From NCBI RefSeq assembly GCF_025643275.1, contig NZ_CP089977.1, forward strand, positions 870,001 through 902,000: a stretch of 32,000 nucleotides of DNA. Reading direction: 5' to 3'. Source of the stretch: Moraxella nasicaprae (lineage in GTDB: Bacteria; Pseudomonadota; Gammaproteobacteria; Pseudomonadales; Moraxellaceae). The number at the start of each line of letters is the position of its first letter. Positions within the stretch are counted from its first letter, which is position 1. The notes beneath the pieces are model-generated. The model ran no database searches. It saw only the letters and a program-made list of their open reading frames with translations, and was not told the origin of the DNA. A program made the position numbers and the translations under genes. Below, piece by piece: positions 10,239-16,887 of the stretch.

Positions 10239-10761
10239 TTATTTTTTCTTGGCAGGGCCTAACAGCATACCAATTTGACGACCTTCCAATTTTGGTGCTT
10301 GCTCTACGCTTGCTACTTCGGTAGTGTCTTCAATGATGCGTTCTAGCTGTTTAAGACCGATTTCTTGGTGAGCCATTTCACGACCACGGAAACGGATAGA
10401 GACTTTGACCTTGTCTTTATTTTCCAAAAACTCGACAATTTTGCGTAGCTTAACTTGATAATCCGCTTCTTCTGTACCAGGACGCAACTTGATTTCTTTA
10501 ACTTGCGTCTGCTTTTGGTTCTTTTTGGCTTCTTTGGCTTTTTGTTTTTGGTCGTATAGATAACGCTTATAATCCATGATTTTACACACAGGTGGTTTTG
10601 CGTCAGCGACAATCTCGACCAAGTCCAAATTTTCTTCGGCGGCTGCATTTAGGGCGGTCTGAATATCCACCACACCCAACTGCTCGCCATCTTCTTTGAC
10701 TAAGCGGACTTCTTTGGCACGAATTTCTTCGTTAATGTTTAAGCGGTTTGACGGTTTAATG
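10239..10761 (-). CDS. infC: Translation initiation factor IF-3, initiating at a non-canonical AUU codon
   Basis: The tracked ORF (10239-10679) lacks the conserved IF-3 N-terminus. The same frame stays open upstream and reads [31 protein letters not shown], matching the IF-3 N-domain. An ATT at 10761-10759 lies 7 nt after GGGAG (10773-10769). AUU initiation is the known hallmark of infC. Confidence 0.9.
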
Positions 10762-10964
10762 GTCGTACTCCCAAGAATGAAAATTTTTGGCTATTCTACT
10801 TAAAAAATAGACAAATTTCAAGGTAAATTTACCAATCCAAGACCAAGCCAGCGACACCAAAAACACCATTTTTGATAAAAGTAGATGAAATTTAATGCCA
10901 AACTTGCTATCATATCACAAAAAAATTTATGCCAATCCAACCACCTATTAAGAGTATTATTACA

Positions 10965-11606
10965 ATGTCTGATTTACAAATCCAAGTCATCGACCACCCA
11001 CTTGTCCGCCATAAGCTATCTTTGATGCGTGAGGCGGATTGTAGCACCTATAAATTTCGCACCTTGACCAAAGAGTTGGGTCGCTTGATGGCGTATGAAG
11101 CCAGTCGTGATTTTGAAATCGAAAGTTTTGAAATGCAAGGCTGGTGCGGTCAAATCACTGGCGAGCAAATCAAAGGTAAGACCGTGACATTAGTACCAAT
11201 TTTGCGTGCTGGTATCGGCATGCTTGATGGGGTGCTTGATTTGTTGCCGACCGCCAAAATCTCAGTGGTTGGTCTGCAAAGAGACGAGGAAACCTTAGAG
11301 CCTGTGCCATTTTTTGAGAAGTTTGTCCAAGACATCGACAAACGCCCTGCCCTGATTTTGGACCCAATGCTTGCCACAGGTGGTAGCATGGTTGCCACCA
11401 TTGACATGCTAAAAAAACACGGTTGCACCAACATCAAGGCTTTGGTATTGGTTGCTGCACCAGAAGGTGTCCGCTTGGTCAATGAAGCCCACCCTGATGT
11501 GAAAATCTTCACTGCTGCCTTAGATAGCCACTTGAATGAAAATGGCTACATCATTCCTGGCTTAGGCGATGCAGGCGATAAGATTTTTGGCACAAAACAG
11601 CTATAA
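10965..11606 (+). CDS. upp: Uracil phosphoribosyltransferase
   Basis: It has the PRPP-binding motif [11 protein letters not shown] and the C-terminal [16 protein letters not shown]. The ATG at 10965 ([14 protein letters not shown]...) fits the length of E. coli Upp. The longer ORF from 10929 is possible. Confidence 0.92.
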   Translation: MSDLQIQVIDHPLVRHKLSLMREADCSTYKFRTLTKELGRLMAYEASRDFEIESFEMQGWCGQITGEQIKGKTVTLVPILRAGIGMLDGVLDLLPTAKISVVGLQRDEETLEPVPFFEKFVQDIDKRPALILDPMLATGGSMVATIDMLKKHGCTNIKALVLVAAPEGVRLVNEAHPDVKIFTAALDSHLNENGYIIPGLGDAGDKIFGTKQL

Positions 11607-11627
11607 AACAGCTATAAAACAGCTATA
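11595..11627 (+). repeat. Three perfect tandem copies of an 11-bp unit (AAACAGCTATA)
   Basis: Read directly at 11595-11605, 11606-11616 and 11617-11627. The upp stop codon (11604-11606) spans the junction of the first and second units. Confidence 0.85.
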
Positions 11628-11640
11628 AAAACCAACCGCC

Positions 11641-11683
11641 AAAAAATACCATCTTATTGTAAATTGTAAGATGGTATTTTTTT
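11641..11683 (+). terminator. Rho-independent terminator of upp
   Basis: ATACCATCTTA (11646-11656) pairs with TAAGATGGTAT (11667-11677) and is followed by a T-run to 11683. Confidence 0.75.
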
Positions 11684-11699
11684 ATCAAAATAACTTCAC

Positions 11700-11726
11700 A
11701 AAAAAACAGCCTGACTAATCAGGCTG
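11700..11726 (-). terminator. Rho-independent terminator of glyS
   Basis: CAGCCTGA-CTAA-TCAGGCTG. On the minus strand it is followed by T7 (the plus-strand A-run at 11700-11706). Confidence 0.75.
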
Positions 11727-11747
11727 CCATGGTTTTGCTTGCATTCA

Positions 11748-13847
11748 TTAAGACTGCAACAACCCAATGTCCGCCACGCTCAAAAATAACGCTCGCACTT
11801 GTTGTAATAGAGCAAGGCGGTTATTTTTTAGATTCTCGTCATCAGCATTCACCATCACGCCATCAAAAAACTGCGTCAAAGGCTCATCTAGTTGTACCAA
11901 CTCCTGCAACACACCCTGATAGTCTGACATGGCTTGGCGTGGAGCAACCGCTTGTTTGGCGGTGCTGACGGCAGAGAACAAGGCTTGTTCAGCAGCCTCC
12001 ACCAAAAGCGACCGCTCAATCTCATCAGCGATGTCGCCTTGTGCTTTGGCAAGAATATTGCCCACTCGCTTGTTATTTTGGGCAAGTGTCTTGGCTTGTG
12101 GCAAAGCACGGAACGCCTCAACCGCACGAATACGCTCATCAAAATCAAACGGCGTATCAGGATTGATTTCTTGCACCGCCAAGATGGTATCAACATTCAC
12201 GCCCTGCTCGGTGTACATCGCACGATAGCGAGAATTGATGAAAGTCATCACTTCTTCAAAAATCTTTTGATGATTGTCAAGCACTTCGCCATAAGCTGAT
12301 AATGACGCTTGCACCAAAGATGATAAGCCAATCGGCAATTTTTTCTCAATCAAAATACGCAAAATACCAATGCTGGCTCGTCTTAGGCTAAATGGGTCTT
12401 TTGAGCCTGTTGGCACTTGACCGATGCCAAAAATCCCCACCAAAGTATCAATGCGGTCAGCCAACGCCAACGCCGTACCAATGGCGGTTTGGGGCAAGTT
12501 ATCGCCACTAAATTTGGGCAGATACTGCTCTTCGATGGCTTGGGCAACGGCTGGATTTTCGCTATTTTTGGCATAATAAGTACCAGCTACCCCTTGCAGC
12601 TCTGGGAACTCACCCACCAAAGTTGTCGCCAAATCCGCCTTGCACAACATCGCTGCACGCACCACATCCTCGTCATTGATGTTCTGCCAGCCATCTTGAT
12701 TTGCCAAAGATTGGTTGATGGCGGTGGCAATCTTGGCAATGCGTTCGCTCTTTTGCCAAATCGTACCAAGTTTATCTTGGAATACTCGATTTTTAAGCAG
12801 CTGAGCAAAATAAGACAGCGGTTGTTTTTGGTCTTGCAAAAAGAAAAATTCAGCGTCTGCTAGGCGTGGACGCACCACTTTTTCATTACCCAAGATGACG
12901 GCGGATTTATCAAGGCTGTCAATATTGCTGACAAAAACAAAGTACGGTAATAATTTGCCGTTTTTGTCGGTCAAGCAAAAATATTTTTGGTCAGCCTGCA
13001 TGGTGCTAATGAGTGCCTCTTGGGGAACGGCTAAGAACCGCTCTTCAAAGCTGGCTCGTAGAGCGACAGGGAAATCGACAAGGGCAGTTACCTCATCAAG
13101 CAGCTCATCAGGCACAATGGCGTCTGCCCCCACTTCGTCAGCAAGGCGAGCGACTTGCTTACTGATGCTGGCTTGGCGTTCATCAAAATCAGCGATGACA
13201 TATTGATTTTTGAGCAGCTCTTGATAATCATCAGCATGAGCAATACTCACAAAATCAGGGGCATGATAGCGATGACCTCGTGTTTGATTGCCCGTCTTAT
13301 GCCCTTGAATGGTTGCATCAATGACCGCTTCATCACGCATCAAGACCACCCACTGCACAGGACGGACAAACTCATGACGGTCAGCCCCAGAACGCATTCG
13401 CTTGGCAATCGGCAAATTGTCCAACGCCTTTTGGAAAATTGCTGGCAGCAGTACATCAACCGCCTCGCCCTTGATGGTCAAATCATAACCAATGTATTCG
13501 CCTTTTTTGTCCGATACCGTGATGAGGTCGTCTTTGCTTAGGGTTAAGCCAGTCGCATTTAAGCCTTGCAAAAAGCCCTGACCTGCTCTTGTTAATTCGC
13601 CATTGTCATCAAACGCTGCTTTTAGTGCAGGTCCACGCTTTTGCTCGACCTTATCAGGCGTGGTGGTTGCCACATTATCCATCTGCACCGCCAGACGGCG
13701 TGGAGCAGCATAAGCCCTGATATTCTCATAGACAATGCCTGAGGCATCAAGTGCCGTGCGAACATTGTCAAGCAAGGCATCACGCAAAGTTTTTAGGGAT
13801 TTTGGTGGCAACTCTTCGGTGCCAAGTTCAAATAGGATTGTGTTCAT
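11748..13847 (-). CDS. glyS: Glycine--tRNA ligase beta subunit
   Basis: The 699-aa ORF has the N-terminus MNTILFELGTEELPPKSL, matching the conserved GlyS start (E. coli ...EIGTEELPPKAL). The size is typical for the beta subunit. Confidence 0.97.
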   Translation of the reverse strand: MNTILFELGTEELPPKSLKTLRDALLDNVRTALDASGIVYENIRAYAAPRRLAVQMDNVATTTPDKVEQKRGPALKAAFDDNGELTRAGQGFLQGLNATGLTLSKDDLITVSDKKGEYIGYDLTIKGEAVDVLLPAIFQKALDNLPIAKRMRSGADRHEFVRPVQWVVLMRDEAVIDATIQGHKTGNQTRGHRYHAPDFVSIAHADDYQELLKNQYVIADFDERQASISKQVARLADEVGADAIVPDELLDEVTALVDFPVALRASFEERFLAVPQEALISTMQADQKYFCLTDKNGKLLPYFVFVSNIDSLDKSAVILGNEKVVRPRLADAEFFFLQDQKQPLSYFAQLLKNRVFQDKLGTIWQKSERIAKIATAINQSLANQDGWQNINDEDVVRAAMLCKADLATTLVGEFPELQGVAGTYYAKNSENPAVAQAIEEQYLPKFSGDNLPQTAIGTALALADRIDTLVGIFGIGQVPTGSKDPFSLRRASIGILRILIEKKLPIGLSSLVQASLSAYGEVLDNHQKIFEEVMTFINSRYRAMYTEQGVNVDTILAVQEINPDTPFDFDERIRAVEAFRALPQAKTLAQNNKRVGNILAKAQGDIADEIERSLLVEAAEQALFSAVSTAKQAVAPRQAMSDYQGVLQELVQLDEPLTQFFDGVMVNADDENLKNNRLALLQQVRALFLSVADIGLLQS

Positions 13848-13874
13848 TGTTTGACCTGTTATTTCAATTTTAAA

Positions 13875-14417
13875 TTACAACACACGGTATAAAGTTTTCA
13901 TTTCATCATCACCCACAACGGCTAATTGTTTAAAGTCGTGGCGTGCATATAAATCAAGCAGTTTGTCAATGGGCTGGCATTCTAAGATGACGGCACGACC
14001 GCCAATGATTTGACGAGCGGACAATAATATTTCAAAAACTCTATCAAAAATATCCTGCAAGATAATTGGGTTATTTTCTACATTGGCATTTTTGCCGATT
14101 TGCCCAATTAAAAAAGTTCGTATGGTTTTGGCATTTTTATTAAAGCCATCTAATTTTTTCACAACGCTTTTGCTTAATTTTTCATTATCAATATTAACAT
14201 CTTTAAAAGACAATGAAAAATATGTCAACAGTTCTCCATTGTTAGAAACAATCAAATAAGTTCTGGCATTGTGCGTGCGTTCAAAGTCAATGGCTTTATT
14301 TTTCAAAAATCGCTCAACATCTGGATTTTTTGGACAAGAAAACTCATTTATCAATCGTTTGATTGATTGTTCTTTTTTATCGTTATCCAAAAAATCCAAT
14401 AATGGATAAATTCTCAT
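13875..14417 (-). CDS. GNAT-fold protein resembling TacT/AtaT/KacT-type acetyltransferase toxins, with a divergent cofactor loop
   Basis: This is a 180-aa ORF. From memory of TacT/KacT, the segment order matches: FSCPKNPDVERFLKNKAIDFERTHNARTYLIV (compare F-D/S-C-G..L..FLK......aRTyvl), LLTYFSLS, IRTFLIGQIGKN (beta4), GGRAVILEC, and LDLYARHDFKQL (compare FYahhGF, with the catalytic Tyr). The expected R/Q-x-x-G-x-G/A loop is replaced by VENNPII. The start codon overlaps the upstream small ORF in an ATGA. Confidence 0.6.
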   Translation of the reverse strand: MRIYPLLDFLDNDKKEQSIKRLINEFSCPKNPDVERFLKNKAIDFERTHNARTYLIVSNNGELLTYFSLSFKDVNIDNEKLSKSVVKKLDGFNKNAKTIRTFLIGQIGKNANVENNPIILQDIFDRVFEILLSARQIIGGRAVILECQPIDKLLDLYARHDFKQLAVVGDDEMKTLYRVL

Positions 14418-14587
14418 TTTTTATCCCAGCGTTTTTGTAAAATTTCCAAAAATTCATCAACGCTTGGCTGTTCTTTTTTGGGTGATTTAATTTGCACAGG
14501 CTTGGCATTTTCCAAATCATATAAAAACTCTTCAATCGCCTTTTCATCACGCACGATAAATTGTTTATCAAACGATGCAGTACTCAT
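14414..14587 (-). CDS. 57-aa putative antitoxin (DUF1778-like C-terminal neutralisation segment only, no RHH head)
   Basis: This ORF is below the 60-aa cut-off of the supplied track and was translated by hand: MSTASFDKQFIVRDEKAIEEFLYDLENAKPVQIKSPKKEQPSVDEFLEILQKRWDKK. AAGGA lies 6 nt upstream of the ATG (14587). Its TGA overlaps the ATG of the 180-aa ORF (ATGA at 14417-14414). The pattern F.v.DE...EF...L...P.....L..LL.+..W resembles the C-terminal half of TacA/KacA as I recall them. Confidence 0.5.
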   Translation of the reverse strand: MSTASFDKQFIVRDEKAIEEFLYDLENAKPVQIKSPKKEQPSVDEFLEILQKRWDKK

Positions 14588-14603
14588 TTTTAATCCTTAT
14601 TGA

Positions 14604-14825
14604 TTAATCATCATCTTTGTCATTATCACGCTCGCCACGCTCATTTTGGTCATCATCTTCATCACGACCATTGTCATTACGATTGTCATCACGGTCATCA
14701 TCACGATTGCTACGGTCGGACTGCTCGGTGCGGTCGTTTTCACGCTCGTTATTGTCGTTATTGCCAACCATACCACAGGCGGTTAAAAAAGTGGCTAAAA
14801 CAGCGATTAAAATAAGGTTTTTCAT
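14604..14825 (-). CDS. Small hyper-acidic low-complexity lipoprotein
   Basis: The 73-aa ORF has a canonical lipoprotein signal, MKNLILIAVLATFLTAC (lipobox LTAC). The mature part is almost entirely D/N/R/E (…NRDDDRDDNRNDNGRDEDDDQNERGERDNDKDDD). The SD is weak (AAGAG). Confidence 0.55.
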   Translation of the reverse strand: MKNLILIAVLATFLTACGMVGNNDNNERENDRTEQSDRSNRDDDRDDNRNDNGRDEDDDQNERGERDNDKDDD

Positions 14826-14875
14826 AAATATACTCTTGAAAATTTAATGGATTAAAATGAGATTGATATTTTTAT

Positions 14876-14950
14876 ATCATATCAAAATTGCTCAATCGCC
14901 TTTTCATCACGTACAATAAATTATTTATCAAAAGATATGGTGATTACTAT
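14876..14950 (-). pseudogene. Decayed duplicate of the first ~24 codons of the 57-aa antitoxin-like gene
   Basis: By hand alignment, 14876-14950 matches 14516-14587 at about 85% over roughly 60 nt, including a 20-nt identical core (TCAATCGCCTTTTCATCACG). In the copy, ATG has become ATA and the frame reads IVITISFDK*FIVRDEKAIEQF*YD, with two stops. Confidence 0.55.
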
Positions 14951-14968
14951 TTCCCTGCTAAATATCAT

Positions 14969-15403
14969 CTATTTTCTACACTCATCCTTAATATGCGAAA
15001 TTTCCGTTTTAACAGTATGAGGCAATGGCGTAAATACAGCAACTTCTTGGTTGTTGCGAAAAACTTGTATTTTTTTAGCTTTTGAGATGGCTTCATTAAA
15101 TTTTACCCACTCATTATCGCTTTCTTTGGTGGTTGTGATTGTTACTGGAATAGTATTATCAAACAAAAAGCTAAATTGATTTTTCTCAGTAACATCTATT
15201 GGCTCATCATCAATATTATAGCTAAAATAAATGGAGCGACCATATTCTTCTCCACAAGATATTTCTAGCGATTGACTTTTTTTATTCTCAATATAAAATT
15301 GAGCTTGACCAAAATTATGTCCATAACTCCAACTATTTGGAGTTGCATTAGCCACAACACAAGACAAACCAATAGTTAAAACCAATAATTTTTTCTTAAA
15401 CAT
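14969..15403 (-). CDS. Secreted/periplasmic hypothetical protein (144 aa), translationally coupled to glyQ
   Basis: The internal ATG at 15403 gives MFKKKLLVLTIGLSCVVANA, a good Sec signal. It lies 1 nt after the glyQ stop codon. A GAGGAGGAG SD sits inside the last glyQ codons. I recognise no family. The longer tracked ORF (to 15583) overlaps glyQ out of frame and is rejected. Confidence 0.6.
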   Translation of the reverse strand: MFKKKLLVLTIGLSCVVANATPNSWSYGHNFGQAQFYIENKKSQSLEISCGEEYGRSIYFSYNIDDEPIDVTEKNQFSFLFDNTIPVTITTTKESDNEWVKFNEAISKAKKIQVFRNNQEVAVFTPLPHTVKTEISHIKDECRK

Positions 15404-15404
15404 C

Positions 15405-16346
15405 TCACTCCTCCTCTTTCGGCAACCACTTCTCCAACGCTTCTTTTTTATGTGCTTCATCAGCCAAAGGAAAACCAAGTTTGGCACGAGCGATGGTATA
15501 GCTTTCTGCCACTTTACGAGCCAGCGTACGCACTCGCAAAATAAAGCGTTGGCGTTCGGTAACGCTAATCGCTCCACGAGCATCTAGCAGGTTAAAGCTA
15601 TGAGATGCCTTTAATACCATTTCATAAGCAGGCAACGGCAAGTTTACACCCACAAGGCGGTCAGCCTCTTTTTCATAAAAATCAAACAAATCAAAGAGTT
15701 TGTCCACATCGGCATATTCAAAGTTATAGGTGGACTGCTCCACTTCGTTTTGGTGGAACACATCACCATAGGTGACACGCCCAAACTCTCCGTCCGTCCA
15801 TACAAGGTCATAGACGCTATCCACGCCCTGAATGTACATCGCAAGGCGTTCAAGCCCATAAGTAATCTCTCCTGTCACAGGAAAACACTCAATGCCCCCG
15901 ACCTGCTGAAAATAGGTAAACTGCGTAACTTCCATACCATTTAGCCACACTTCCCAGCCAAGCCCCCACGCCCCAAGCGTTGGCGACTCCCAGTTATCCT
16001 CGACAAATCGCACATCGTGGGTAAGCGTGTCAATGCCAAGTGCCTTTAATGAGCCAAGATATAGCTCTTGGATATTGGCAGGGTTTGGTTTTAGGACGAC
16101 TTGAAACTGGTAATAATGTTGCAGACGGTTGGGGTTGTCGCCATATCGTCCATCAGTGGGGCGGCGAGAGGGCTGAACATAGGCGGCGTTCCATTTTTCA
16201 GGAGTTAAGGCTCTAAGGAAAGTGGCGGTGTGAAAAGTGCCTGCCCCCATTTCCATGTCATAAGGCTGTAAAATTACACAGCCTTGCTGAGCCCAGTAGT
16301 TTTGGAGAGTGAGGATAATTTGTTGAAAAGTCATGGTCATAAACAC
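15405..16346 (-). CDS. glyQ: Glycine--tRNA ligase alpha subunit
   Basis: It is near-collinear with E. coli GlyQ as I recall it ([96 protein letters not shown]). The true start may be the ATG at 16340 or 16334 rather than the GTG at 16346. Confidence 0.97.
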   Translation of the reverse strand: MFMTMTFQQIILTLQNYWAQQGCVILQPYDMEMGAGTFHTATFLRALTPEKWNAAYVQPSRRPTDGRYGDNPNRLQHYYQFQVVLKPNPANIQELYLGSLKALGIDTLTHDVRFVEDNWESPTLGAWGLGWEVWLNGMEVTQFTYFQQVGGIECFPVTGEITYGLERLAMYIQGVDSVYDLVWTDGEFGRVTYGDVFHQNEVEQSTYNFEYADVDKLFDLFDFYEKEADRLVGVNLPLPAYEMVLKASHSFNLLDARGAISVTERQRFILRVRTLARKVAESYTIARAKLGFPLADEAHKKEALEKWLPKEEE

Positions 16347-16384
16347 CTAAAATAAGCAAAAATATTTTTGAGTAAAAACATTCT

Positions 16385-16413
16385 AATTTACACAAAAGCC
16401 TGAAAATTAGCAA
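16385..16413 (-). promoter_or_regulatory. Candidate sigma70 promoter for glyQ
   Basis: On the minus strand it reads TTGCTA-17 nt-TAAATT, about 40 nt upstream of the glyQ start. This is a motif match only. Confidence 0.3.
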
Positions 16414-16446
16414 CTTAATTTTGGTAAAAATTAGGTAAAAAATCCA

Positions 16447-16475
16447 TTGACTGACAAAAAATATTTAGATAATAT
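16447..16475 (+). promoter_or_regulatory. Near-consensus sigma70 promoter for the zinc-ribbon membrane protein gene
   Basis: TTGACT (16447-16452), a 17-nt spacer, then TAATAT (16470-16475). It is followed by AAGGAGG and the ATG at 16519. Confidence 0.45.
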
Positions 16476-16518
16476 TTAGTGTAATGGAATAACGGTGCGA
16501 TATGACAAGGAGGACATC

Positions 16519-16836
16519 ATGACTGACTCAACCACACCCAAGCACACCTGCACCCGTTGCCAAGACGACTGTGATTATTACTTTAAGATTGGCGATTATG
16601 CAGTATTTAGTTGCAAAAATTGTCAATCCGCTTGGGGCAACTGGACGACCTTGATTTATTTTTCTATCATCATCGTCGCCTTGAAGCTACTTTGGCGGAC
16701 GGTTGATTTTTCAGGCGTGCCCGAATCAGTATTCATCGCCATCTCTGTGGCTTTGATGTGTATTTTGATTATTTTTCGACTGTTCGGTCATCGTATGAGT
16801 GCATTGAGAATCAGGCGATTGGACAGACATGATTAA
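16519..16836 (+). CDS. Small zinc-ribbon membrane protein (CxxC...CxxC plus two TM helices)
   Basis: AAGGAGG lies 5 nt before the ATG at 16519. The N-terminus has CTRC-x17-CKNC. Two hydrophobic helices follow (TTLIYFSIIIVALKLLW, VFIAISVALMCILIIFRLF) and then a basic tail. I recognise no family. Confidence 0.6.
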   Translation: MTDSTTPKHTCTRCQDDCDYYFKIGDYAVFSCKNCQSAWGNWTTLIYFSIIIVALKLLWRTVDFSGVPESVFIAISVALMCILIIFRLFGHRMSALRIRRLDRHD

Positions 16837-16850
16837 GGTATGAACCAAAC

Positions 16851-16885
16851 AAAAACCAACACGCTCATTGGGTGTTGGTTTTTTT
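16851..16885. terminator. Bidirectional rho-independent terminator
   Basis: A5-CCAACAC-loop(9)-GTGTTGG-T7, between convergent genes. Confidence 0.75.
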
Positions 16886-16887
16886 GT

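Noticed and set aside
10343-10648. A 101-aa highly basic ORF in another frame within infC.
   Set aside because: It is fully embedded in the conserved IF-3 frame. Its lysine-rich composition is a by-product of the AAG/AAA-rich infC sequence.
11888-13541. Several 100-150-aa ORFs, sense in another frame or antisense, within glyS (e.g. 12417-12863 and 13155-13541).
   Set aside because: All are nested in the continuous, conserved 699-aa glyS frame and lack ribosome-binding sites.
14383-14571. The 62-aa minus-strand ORF from the track, lying between the lipoprotein and the GNAT-like gene.
   Set aside because: It is in a different frame from the 57-aa ORF. It has no SD and no start/stop coupling. 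Its sequence is Lys/Asn/Phe-rich, typical of out-of-frame AT-rich DNA. The hand-translated 14414-14587 frame has an AAGGA SD and the ATGA overlap.
14600-14815. A 71-aa His/Cys-rich ORF on the plus strand (MINHHLCHYHARHAHFGHH...) that looks like a metal-binding peptide.
   Set aside because: It is the antisense reading of the D/N/R-rich low-complexity repeat. It starts at a TTG with no SD. The minus-strand frame has a canonical lipoprotein signal peptide and fits the co-directional operon, so this is most likely a compositional artefact.
14863-14885. An AT-only inverted repeat (TTGATAT...ATATCAA) at the edge of the decayed antitoxin copy, considered as an internal terminator of the cassette.
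   Set aside because: The stem is 6-7 bp of pure A/T with no G-C pairs and no convincing U-tract. It would be too weak to call a terminator, and such palindromes are expected by chance in AT-rich DNA.
15404-15583. The N-terminal 60 aa of the tracked 204-aa ORF, which overlaps the 3' end of glyQ.
   Set aside because: It overlaps the well-conserved glyQ coding sequence out of frame. The internal ATG at 15403 gives a proper signal peptide and has an SD, so the extension is spurious.
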